Shown piece after piece: positions 51,431-64,000 of a DNA stretch of 64,000 nucleotides (position 1 is the stretch's first letter; each line of letters begins with the position of its first letter). Where the stretch lies: positions 406,906,001 through 406,970,000 of the forward strand of contig OZ024741.1 in NCBI GenBank assembly GCA_964016885.1, given 5' to 3'. The stretch is from Eledone cirrhosa (lineage: Eukaryota). The notes beneath the pieces are model-generated. The model was not told the origin of the DNA, made no database searches, and was given only the letters and a program-made list of their open reading frames with translations. A program made the position numbers and the translations under genes.

Positions 51431-54400
51431 GTGAGGAAGATAAAAGACCAAGGGAGCACCCCTTCTCTGTGCACCTGAGGAGAAGGGTTGCACACTTTTT
51501 TCGGGGGTGTGTGCGACCCCCCAAGGCGCCTCCTCTCTATTGAGGATTTTGTTAAAAATTTTATTTTTTGTTATATCTTATTTTATTTTTATATTTTGTT
51601 ATTGCCTTCTCTTATTGAGGACGCCTTTTTGTGTAAACTCCCCCCTTTGTACTTGTCCCACTTTTGATGCCCTAGTGGCAAATAAAAGAAATATATATGT
51701 AATGTATATCTACAGTAATGTAGGACTAAGTCTATCTATCTATATGTAATGTATATCTACAGTAATGTAGGACTAAGTCTATCTATATGTAATGTATATC
51801 TACAGTAATGTAGGACTAAGTCTATCTATATGTAATGTATATCTACAGTAATGTAGGACTAAGTCTATCTATCTATATGTAATGTATATCTACAGTAATG
51901 TAGGACTAAGTCTATCTATCTATATGTAATGTATATCTACAGTAATGTAGGACTAAGTCTATCTATCTATATGTAATGTATATCTACAGTAATGTAGGAC
52001 TAAGTCTATCTATCTATATGTAATGTATATCTACAGTAATGTAGGACTAAGTCTATCTATATGTAATGTATATCTACAGTAATGTAGGACTAAGTCTATC
52101 TATCTATATGTAATGTATATCTACAGTAATGTAGGAGTAAGTCTATCTATATGTAATGTATATCTACAGTAATGTAGGACTAAGTCTATCTATCTATATG
52201 TAATGTATATCTACAGTAATGTAGGACTAAGTCTATCTATATGTAATGTATATCTACAGTAATGTAGGACTAAGTCTATCTATCTATATGTAATGTATAT
52301 CTACAGTAATGTAGGACTACGTCTATCTATCTATATGTAATGTATATCTACAGTAATGTAGGAGTAAGTCTATCTATCTATATGTAATGTATATCTACAG
52401 TAATATAGGACTAAGTCTATCTATCTATATGTAATGTATATCTACAGTAATATAGGACTAAGTCTATCTATCTATATGTAATGTATATCTACACTAATGT
52501 AGGACTACGTCTATCTATCTATATGTAATGTATATCTACAGTAATGTAGGAGTATGTCTATCTATCTATATGTAATGTATATCTACAGTAATGTAGGAGT
52601 AAGTCTATCTATATGTAATGTATATCTACAGTAATGTAGGACTAAGTCTATCTATATGTAATGTATATCTACAGTAATGTAGGACTAAGTCTATCTATAT
52701 GTAATGTATATCTACAGTAATGTAGGAGTAAGTCTATCTACCTATATGTAATGTATATCTACAGTAATGTAGGACTAAGTCTATCTATCTATATGTAATG
52801 TATATCTACAGTAATGTAGAACTAAGTCTATCTATCTATATGTAATGTATATCTACAGTAATGTAGGACTAAGTCTATCTATCTATATGTAATGTATATC
52901 TACAGTAATGTAGGACTAAGTCTATCTATCTATATGTAATGTATATCTACAGTAATGTAGGACTAAGTCTATCTATATGTAATGTATATCTACAGTAATG
53001 TAGGAGTAAGTCTATCTATCTATATGTAATGTATATCTACAGTAATGTAGGACTAAGTCTATCTATCTATATGTAATGTATATCTACAGTAATGTAGGAC
53101 TAAGTCTATCTATATGTAATGTATATCTACAGTAATGTAGGACTAAGTCTATCTATCTATATGTAATGTATATCTACAGTAATGTAGGACTAAGTCTATC
53201 TACCTATATGTAATGTATATCTACAGTAATGTAGGACTAAGTCTATCTATCTATATGTAATGTATATCTACAGTAATGTAGGACTAAGTCTATCTACCTA
53301 TATGTAATGTATATCTACAGTAATGTAGGACTAAGTCTATCTATCTATATGTAATGTATATCTACAGTAATGTAGAACTAAGTCTATCTATCTATATGTA
53401 ATGTATATCTACAGTAATGTAGGACTAAGTCTATCTATATGTAATGTATATCTACAGTAATGTAGGACTAAGTCTATCTATCTATATGTAATGTATATCT
53501 ACAGTAATGTAGGACTAAGTCTATCTATATGTAATGTATATCTACAGTAATGTAGGACTAAGTCTATCTATCTATATGTAATGTATATCTACAGTAATGT
53601 AGGACTAAGTCTATCTATATGTAATGTATATCTACAGTAATGTAGGAGTAAGTCTATCTATCTATATGTAATGTATATCTACAGTAATGTAGGACTAAGT
53701 CTATCTATCTATATGTAATGTATATCTACAGTAATGTAGGACTAAGTCTATCTATATGTAATGTATATCTACAGTAATGTAGGACTAAGTCTATCTATCT
53801 CTATGTAATGTATATCTACAGTAATGTAGGACTAAGTCTATCTATATGTAATGTATATCTACAGTAATGTAGGACTAAGTCTATCTATCTATATGTAATG
53901 TATATCTACAGTAATGTAGGACTAAGTCTATCTATATGTAATGTATATCTACAGTAATGTAGGAGTAAGTCTATCTATCTATATGTAATGTATATCTACA
54001 GTAATGTAGGACTAAGTCTATCTATCTATATGTAATGTATATCTACAGTAATGTAGGACTAAGTCTATCTATATGTAATGTATATCTACAGTAATGTAGG
54101 ACTAAGTCTATCTATCTATATGTAATGTATATCTACAGTAATGTAGGACTAAGTCTATCTATATGTAATGTATATCTACAGTAATGTAGGACTAAGTCTA
54201 TCTATCTATATGTAATGTATATCTACAGTAATGTAGGAGTATGTCTATCTATCTATATGTAATGTATATCTACAGTAATGTAGGACTAAGTCTATCTATC
54301 AATATGTAATGTATATCTACAGTAATGTAGGACTAAGTCTATCTATATGTAATGTATATCTACAGTAATGTAGGACTAAGTCTATCTATATGTAATGTAT

Positions 54401-57400
54401 ATCTACAGTAATGTAGGACTAAGTCTATCTATATGTAATGTATATCTACAGTAATGTAGGGCTAAGTCTATCTATCTATATGTAATGTATATCTACAGTA
54501 ATGTAGGACTAAGTCTATCTATATGTAATGTATATCTACAGTAATATAGGACTAAGTCTATCTATCTATATGTAATGTATATCTACAGTAATGTAGGACT
54601 AAGTCTATCTATCTATATGTAATGTATATCTACAGTAATGTAGGACTAAGTCTATCTATCTATATGTAATGTATATCTACAGTAATGTAGGACTAAGTCT
54701 ATCTATATGTAATGTATATCTACAGTAATGTAGGACTACGTCTATCTATCTATATGTAATGTATATCTACAGTAATGTAGGACTAAGTCTATCTATATGT
54801 AATGTATATCTACAGTAATGTAGGACTAAGTCTATCTATATGTAATGTATATCTACAGTAATATAGGACTAAGTCTATCTATCTATATGTAATGTATATC
54901 TACAGTAATGTAGGACTAAGTCTATCTATCTATATGTAATGTATATCTACAGTAATGTAGGACTAAGTCTATCTATCTATATGTAATGTATATCTACAGT
55001 AATGTAGGACTAAGTCTATCTATATGTAATGTATATCTACAGTAATGTAGGACTAAGTCTATCTATATGTAATGTATATCTACAGTAATATAGGACTAAG
55101 TCTATCTATCTATATGTAATGTATATCTACAGTAATGTAGGACTAAGTCTATCTATCTATATGTAATGTATATCTACAGTAATGTAGGACTAAGTCTATC
55201 TATCTATATGTAATGTATATCTACAGTAATGTAGGACTAAGTCTATCTATCTATATGTAATGTATATCTACAGTAATGTAGGACTAAGTCTATCTATACG
55301 TAATGTATATCTACAGTAATGTAGAACTAAGTCTATCTATCTATATGTAATGTATATCTACAGTAATGTAGGGCTAAGTCTATCTATCTATATGTAATGT
55401 ATATCTACAGTAATGTAGGACTAAGTCTATCTATCTATATGTAATGTATATCTACAGTAATGTAGGGCTAAGTCTATCTATCTATATGTAATGTATATCT
55501 ACAGTAATGTAGGACTAAGTCTATCTATATGTAATGTATATCTACAGTAATGTAGGACTATGTCTATCTATCTATATGTAATGTATATCTACAGTAATGT
55601 AGGACTAAGTCTATCTATCTATATGTAATGTATATCTACAGTAATGTAGGACTAAGTCTATCTATGTATATGTAATGTATATCTACAGTAATGTAGGACT
55701 AAGTCTATCTATCTATATGTAATGTATATCTACAGTAATGTAGGACTAAGTCTATCTATCTATATGTAATGTATATCTACAGTAATGTAGGACTAAGTCT
55801 ATCTATATGTAATGTATATCTACAGTAATGTAGGACTAAGTCTATCTATATGTAATGTATATATACAGTAATGTAGGACTAAGTCTATCTATCTATATGT
55901 AATGTATATCTACAGTAATGTAGGACTAAGTCTATCTATCTATATGTAATGTATATCTACAGTAATGTAGGACTAAGTCTACCTATATGTAATGTATATC
56001 TACAGTAATGTAGGACTAAGTCTATCTATCTATATGTAATGTATATCTACAGTAATGTAGGACTAAGTCTATCTATCTATATGTAATGTATATCTACAGT
56101 AATGTAGGACTAAGTCTATCTATCTATATGTAATGTATATCTACAGTAATGTAGGACTAAGTCTATCTATATGTAATGTATATCTACAGTAATGTAGAAC
56201 TAAGTCTATCTATCAATATGTAATGTATATCTACAGTAATGAAGGATTAAGTCTATCTATCTATATGTAATGTATATCTACAGTAATGTAGGACTAAGTC
56301 TATCTATATGTAATGTATATCTACAGTAATGTAGGACTAAGTCTATCAATATGTAATGTATATCTATAGTAATGTAGGACTAAGTCTATCTATATGTAAT
56401 GTATATCTACAGTAATGTAGGACTAAGTCTATCTATATGTAATGTATATCTACAGTAATGTAGGGCTAAGTCTATCTATCTATATGTAATGTATATCTAC
56501 AGTAATGTAGGACTAAGTCTATCTATCTATATGTAATGTATATCTACAGTAATGTAGGGCTAAGTCTATCTATCTATATGTAATGTATATCTACAGTAAT
56601 GTAGGACTAAGTCTATCTATATGTAATGTATATCTACAGTAATGTAGGACTAAGTCTATCTATCTATATGTAATGTATATCTACAGTAATGTAGGACTAA
56701 GTCTATCAATATGTAATGTATATCTACAGTAATGTAGGACTAAGTCTATCTATATGTAATGTATATCTACAGTAATGTAGGACTAAGTCTATCTATATGT
56801 AATGTATATCTACAGTAATGTAGGGCTAAGTCTATCTATCTATATGTAATGTATATCTACAGTAATGTAGGACTAAGTCTATCTATCTATATGTAATGTA
56901 TATCTACAGTAATGTAGGACTAAGTCTATCTATCTATATGTAGTGTATATCTACAGTAATGTAGGACTAAGTCTATCTATATGTAATGTATATCTACAGT
57001 AATGTAGGGCTAAGTCTATCTATCTATATGTAATGTATATCTACAGTAATGTAGGACTAAGTCTATCTATCTATATGTAATGTATATCTACAGTAATGTA
57101 GGACTAAGTCTATCTATCTATATGTAATGTATATCTACAGTAATGTAGGACTAAGTCTATCTATATGTAATGTATATCTACAGTAATGTAGGGCTAAGTC
57201 TATCTATCTATATGTAATGTATATCTACAGTAATGTAGGACTAAGTCTATCTATCTATATGTAATGTATATCTACAGTAATGTAGGACTAAGTCTATCTA
57301 TCTATATGTAATGTATATCTACAGTAATGTAGGACTAAGTCTATCTATATGTAATGTATATCTACAGTAATGTAGGGCAAAGTCTATCTATCTATATGTA

Positions 57401-60400
57401 ATGTATATCTACAGTAATGTAGGACTAAGTCTATCTATCTATATGTAATGTATATCTACAGTAATGTAGGGCTAAGTCTATCTATCTATATGTAATGTAT
57501 ATCTACAGTAATGTAGGACTAAGTCTATCTATCTATATGTAATGTATATCTACAGTAATGTAGGACTAAGTCTATCTATCTATATGTAATGTATATCTAC
57601 AGTAATGTAGGACTAAGTCTATCTATATGTAATGTATATCTACAGTAATGTAGGGCTAAGTCTATCTATCTATATGTAATGTATATCTACAGTAATGTAG
57701 GACTAAGTCTATCTATCTATATGTAATGTATATCTACAGTAATGTAGGACTAAGTCTATCTATCTATATGTAATGTATATCTACAGTAATGTAGGACTAA
57801 GTCTATCTATATGTAATGTATATCTACAGTAATGTAGGGCTAAGTCTATCTATCTATATGTAATGTATATCTACAGTAATGTAGGACTAAGTCTATCTAT
57901 CTATATGTAATGTATATCTACAGTAATGTAGGACTAAGTCTATCTATCTATATGTAATGTATATCTACAGTAATGTAGGACTAAGTCTATCTATATGTAA
58001 TGTATATCTACAGTAATGTAGGACTAAGTCTATCTATCAATATGTAATGTATATCTACAGTAATGTAGGAGTAAGTCTATCTATATGTAATGTATATCTA
58101 CAGTAATGTAGGACTAAGTCTATCTATCTATATGTAATGTATATCTACAGTAATGTAGGAGTAAGTCTATCTATATGTAATGTATATCTACAGTAATGTA
58201 GGACTAAGTCTATCTATCAATATGTAATGTATATCTACAGTAATGTAGGGCTAAGTCTATCTATCTATATGTAATGTATATCTACAGTAATGTAGGACTA
58301 AGTCTATCTATCTATATGTAATGTATATCTACAGTAATGTAGGACTAAGTCTAGCAATATGTAATGTATATCTACAGTAATGTAGGACTAAGTCTATCTA
58401 TCTATATGTAATGTATAACTACAGTAATGTAGGACTAAGTCTATCTATATGTAATGTATATCTACAGTAATGTAGGACTAAGTCTATCTATATGTAATGT
58501 ATATCTACAGTAATGTAGGGCTAAGTCTATCTATCTATATGTAATGTATATCTACAGTAATGTAGGACTAAGTCTATCTATATGTAATGTATATCTACAG
58601 TAATGTAGGACTAAGTCTAGCTATCTATATGTAATGTATATCTACAGTAATGTAGGACTAAGTCTATCTATATGTAATGTATATCTACAGTAATGTAGGG
58701 CTAAGTCTATCTATCTATATGTAATGTATATCTACAGTAATGTAGGACTAAGTCTATCTATCTATATGTAATGTATATCTACAGTAATGTAGGACTAAGT
58801 CTATCTATATGTAATGTATATCTACAGTAATGTAGGACTAAGTCTATCAATATGTAATGTATATCTACAGTAATGTAGAACTAAGTCTATCTATCAATAT
58901 GTAATGTATATCTACAGTAATGTAGGAGTAAGTCTATCTATCAATATGTAATGTATATCTACAGTAATGTAGGACTAAGTCTATCTATATGTAATGTATA
59001 TCTACAGTAATGTAGGGCTAAGTCTATCTATCTATATGTAATGTATATCTACAGTAATGTAGGACTAAGTCTATCTATCTATATGTAATGTATATCTACA
59101 GTAATGTAGGACTAAGTCTATCTATATGTAATGTATATCTACAGTAATGTAGGACTAAGTCTATCTATCTATATGTAATGTATATCTACAGTAATGTAGG
59201 ACTAAGTCTATCTATATGTAATGTATATCTACAGTAATGTAGGACTAAGTCTATCTATATGTAATGTATATCTACAGTAATGTAGGGCTAAGTCTATCTA
59301 TCTATATGTAATGTATATCTACAGTAATGTAGGACTAAGTCTATCTATCTATATGTAATGTATATCTACAGTAATGTAGGACTAAGTCTATCTATCTATA
59401 TGTAATGTATATCTACAGTAATGTAGGACTAAGTCTATCTATCTATATGTAATGTATATCTACAGTAATGTAGGAGTAAGTCTATCTATCTATATGTAAT
59501 GTATATCTACAGTAATGTAGGACTAAGTCTATCTATCTATATGTAATGTATATCTACAGTAATGTAGGACTAAGTCTATCTATCAATATGTAATGTATAT
59601 CTACAGTAATGTAGGAGTAAGTCTATCTATCAATATGTAATGTATATCTACAGTAATGTAGGACTAAGTCTATCTATCTATATGTAATGTATATCTACAG
59701 TAATGTAGGACTAAGTCTATCAATATGTAATGTATATCTACAGTAATGTAGAACTAAGTCTATCTATCAATATGTAATGTATATCTACAGTAATGTAGGA
59801 GTAAGTCTATCTATCAATATGTAATGTATATCTACAGTAATGTAGGAGTAAGTCTATCTATCAATATGTAATGTATATCTACAGTAATGTAGGAGTAAGT
59901 CTATCTATCTATATGTAATGTATATCTACAGTAATGTAGGAGTAAGTCTATCTATCTATATGTAATGTATATCTACAGTAATGTAGAACTAAGTCTATCT
60001 ATCAATATGTAATGTATATCTACAGTAATGTAGGACTAAGTCTATCTATCTATATGTAATGTATATCTACAGTAATGTAGGACTAAGTCTATCTATCTAT
60101 ATGTAATGTATATCTACAGTAATGTAGGAGTAAGTCTATCTATCTATATGTAATGTATATCTACAGTAATGTAGAACTTAGTCTATCTATCAATATGTAA
60201 TGTATATCTACAGTAATGTAGGAGTAAGTCTATCTATCTATATGTAATGTATATCTACAGTAATGTAGGACTAAGTCTATCTATCTATATGTAATGTATA
60301 TCTACAGTAATGTAGGACTAAGTCTATCTATCTATATGTAATGTATATCTACAGTAATGTAGGACTAAGTCTATCTATCTATATGTAATGTATATCTACA

Positions 60401-63400
60401 GTAATGTAGGACTAAGTCTATCTATATGTAATGTATATCTACAGTAATGTAGGACTAAGTCTATCTATCAATATGTAATGTATATCTACAGTAATGTAGG
60501 ACTAAGTCTATCTATCAATATGTAATGTATATCTACAGTAATGTAGGACTAAGTCTATCTATCTATATGTAATGTATATCTACAGTAATGTAGGACTAAG
60601 TCTATCTATATGTAATGTATATCTACAGTAATGTAGGACTAAGTCTATCTATCAATATGTAATGTATATCTACAGTAATGTAGGACTAAGTCTATCTATC
60701 AATATGTAATGTATATCTACAGTAATGTAGGACTAAGTCTATCTATCTATATGTAATGTATATCTACAGTAATGTAGGACTAAGTCTATCTATATGTAAT
60801 GTATATCTACAGTAATGTAGGACTAAGTCTATCTATCAATATGTAATGTATATCTACAGTAATGTAGAACTAAGTCTATCTATCTATATGTAATGTATAT
60901 CTACAGTAATGTAGAACTAAGTCTATCTATCTATATGTAATGTATAGCTACAGTAATGTAGAACTAAGTCTATCTATCAATATGTAATGTATATCTACAG
61001 TAATGTAGGACTAAGTCTATCTATCAATATGTAATGTATATCTACAGTAATGTAGGACTAAGTCTATCTATCTATATGTAATGTATATCTACAGTAATGT
61101 AGGACTAAGTCTATCTATATGTAATGTATATCTACAGTAATGTAGGACTAAGTCTATCTATCAATATGTAATGTATATCTACAGTAATGTAGGACTAAGT
61201 CTATCTATCAATATGTAATGTATATCTACAGTAATGTAGGACTAAGTCTATCTATCTATATGTAATGTATATCTACAGTAATGTAGGACTAAGTCTATCT
61301 ATATGTAATGTATATCTACAGTAATGTAGGACTAAGTCTATCTATCTATATGTAAGGTATATCTACAGTAATGTAGAACTAAGTCTATCTATCTATATGT
61401 AATGTATATCTACAGTAATGTAGGACTAAGTCTATCTATATGTAATGTATATCTACAGTAATGTAGGACTAAGTCTATCTATCTATATGTAATGTATATC
61501 TACAGTAATGTAGGACTAAGTCTATCTATATGTAATGTATATCTACAGTAATGTAGGACTAAGTCTATCTATATGTAATGTATATCTACAGTAATGTAGG
61601 GCTAAGTCTATCTATCTATATGTAATGTATATCTACAGTAATGTAGGACTAAGTCTATCTATCTATATGTAATGTATATCTACAGTAATGTAGGACTAAG
61701 TCTATCTATCTATATGTAATGTATATCTACAGTAATGTAGGACTAAGTCTATCTATCTATATGTAATGTATATCTACAGTAATGTAGGAGTAAGTCTATC
61801 TATCTATATGTAATGTATATCTACAGTAATGTAGGACTAAGTCTATCTATCTATATGTAATGTATATCTACAGTAATGTAGGACTAAGTCTATCTATCAA
61901 TATGTAATGTATATCTACAGTAATGTAGGAGTAAGTCTATCTATCAATATGTAATGTATATCTACAGTAATGTAGGACTAAGTCTATCTATCTATATGTA
62001 ATGTATATCTACAGTAATGTAGGACTAAGTCTATCAATATGTAATGTATATCTACAGTAATGTAGAACTAAGTCTATCTATCAATATGTAATGTATATCT
62101 ACAGTAATGTAGGAGTAAGTCTATCTATCAATATGTAATGTATATCTACAGTAATGTAGGAGTAAGTCTATCTATCAATATGTAATGTATATCTACAGTA
62201 ATGTAGGAGTAAGTCTATCTATCTATATGTAATGTATATCTACAGTAATGTAGGAGTAAGTCTATCTATCTATATGTAATGTATATCTACAGTAATGTAG
62301 AACTAAGTCTATCTATCAATATGTAATGTATATCTACAGTAATGTAGGACTAAGTCTATCTATCTATATGTAATGTATATCTACAGTAATGTAGGACTAA
62401 GTCTATCTATCTATATGTAATGTATATCTACAGTAATGTAGGAGTAAGTCTATCTATCTATATGTAATGTATATCTACAGTAATGTAGAACTTAGTCTAT
62501 CTATCAATATGTAATGTATATCTACAGTAATGTAGGAGTAAGTCTATCTATCTATATGTAATGTATATCTACAGTAATGTAGGACTAAGTCTATCTATCT
62601 ATATGTAATGTATATCTACAGTAATGTAGGACTAAGTCTATCTATCTATATGTAATGTATATCTACAGTAATGTAGGACTAAGTCTATCTATCTATATGT
62701 AATGTATATCTACAGTAATGTAGGACTAAGTCTATCTATATGTAATGTATATCTACAGTAATGTAGGACTAAGTCTATCTATCAATATGTAATGTATATC
62801 TACAGTAATGTAGGACTAAGTCTATCTATCAATATGTAATGTATATCTACAGTAATGTAGGACTAAGTCTATCTATCTATATGTAATGTATATCTACAGT
62901 AATGTAGGACTAAGTCTATCTATATGTAATGTATATCTACAGTAATGTAGGACTAAGTCTATCTATCAATATGTAATGTATATCTACAGTAATGTAGGAC
63001 TAAGTCTATCTATCAATATGTAATGTATATCTACAGTAATGTAGGACTAAGTCTATCTATCTATATGTAATGTATATCTACAGTAATGTAGGACTAAGTC
63101 TATCTATATGTAATGTATATCTACAGTAATGTAGGACTAAGTCTATCTATCAATATGTAATGTATATCTACAGTAATGTAGAACTAAGTCTATCTATCTA
63201 TATGTAATGTATATCTACAGTAATGTAGAACTAAGTCTATCTATCTATATGTAATGTATAGCTACAGTAATGTAGAACTAAGTCTATCTATCAATATGTA
63301 ATGTATATCTACAGTAATGTAGGACTAAGTCTATCTATCAATATGTAATGTATATCTACAGTAATGTAGGACTAAGTCTATCTATCTATATGTAATGTAT

Positions 63401-63802
63401 ATCTACAGTAATGTAGGACTAAGTCTATCTATATGTAATGTATATCTACAGTAATGTAGGACTAAGTCTATCTATCAATATGTAATGTATATCTACAGTA
63501 ATGTAGGACTAAGTCTATCTATCAATATGTAATGTATATCTACAGTAATGTAGGACTAAGTCTATCTATCTATATGTAATGTATATCTACAGTAATGTAG
63601 GACTAAGTCTATCTATATGTAATGTATATCTACAGTAATGTAGGACTAAGTCTATCTATCTATATGTAAGGTATATCTACAGTAATGTAGAACTAAGTCT
63701 ATCTATCTATATGTAATGTATAGCTACAGTAATGTAGGACTAAGTCTATCTATCTATATGTAAGGTATATCTACAGTAATGTAGGACTAAGTCTATCTAT
63801 CT

Positions 63803-64000
63803 CTCTTTACGATGCACACATGTGCTGAGCTCTATCTCAAAATTATAGAATCCACCTCGTCATTCTATAGAGGGCTGGTGGTTAGCAGGTGCGACGACGC
63901 CCTCGGAGAAGCCCTAGGCATGGAGGAAGACGAACTGGCCAACCTGTTTGGTAGGACATTCAGCCCGGGACCCATGGATAACTTCCAGAGGTCCATGGCC
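63803..64000 (+). mobile_element. Tx1-like copy 5, diverged subfamily, 5'-truncated in late ORF2, runs off the right edge
   Basis: 63851-64000 translates to STSSFYRGLVVSRCDDALGEALGMEEDELANLFGRTFSPGPMDNFQRSMA, 43/50 identical to the other ORF2s. It is preceded by 48 bp of non-homologous filler. Confidence 0.9.

Larger units (their letters stand above)
46779..51693 (+). mobile_element. Tx1-like copy 4 (same 5' junction as copy 3)
   Basis: Identical 5' junction and identical ORF translations to copy 3 at offset 8708. Three differences lie in the 3' UTR. Confidence 0.95.
13212..63802 (+). repeat. 43/47-bp tandem satellite array, consensus GGACTAAG(TCTA)2-3TATGTAATGTATATCTACAGTAATGTA
   Basis: Uninterrupted head-to-tail monomers at 13212-30445, 34510-35440, 35712-38070, 42987-46778 and 51694-63802. 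Recurrent variants include GGAGT, GGGCT, GAACT, TACC, TCAA and TATATAC. Confidence 0.99.

Noticed and set aside
38071-51693. Copies 3 and 4 as full-length or as independent insertions
   Set aside because: There is no 5' UTR and ORF1 is open to the junction. The identical junction and upstream satellite variants show shared origin, so they count as one event.
30624-51749. Short antisense and alternate-frame ORFs within the Tx1 copies and their 3' UTRs
   Set aside because: They are shadows of the main ORFs with no recognisable motifs, and recur only because the element is repeated.
13212-63802. CRISPR-like appearance of the regular repeat
   Set aside because: Monomers are contiguous with no unique spacers, there are no cas genes, and the context is eukaryotic retroelements.
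13212-63802. Telomeric repeat array with telomere-specific retrotransposons
   Set aside because: There is no TTAGGG/TTAGG-type unit and no chromosome end is visible, so a telomeric role cannot be supported from this window.

Overview
Eukaryotic (metazoan-looking) heterochromatin-type window with no host gene. Bases 1-13011 are a degenerate (TA)n tract carrying fragments of several retroelements: the N-terminus of a Penelope-like element (PLE), an RTE/RTEX-type 3' end, a CR1-type 3' end, a 5'-truncated PLE with a GIY-YIG domain, inverted pLTRs and hammerhead-like motifs, and a small inverted-repeat element with another hammerhead. After a 200-N gap, 13212-63802 is a head-to-tail 43/47-bp satellite, GGACTAAG(TCTA)2-3TATGTAATGTATATCTACAGTAATGTA. 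It is interrupted by five copies of one Tx1-like (L1 superfamily) non-LTR retrotransposon. All five lie in the same orientation and at the same position of the monomer, the (TCTA)n tract. There are four different 5' junctions, three intact ORF2s and one diverged subfamily copy. The best candidate for an undescribed system is therefore a young, satellite-targeted, site-specific Tx1 retrotransposon with a highly structured 3' UTR. All comparisons were made by eye; no database searches or folding programs were run.
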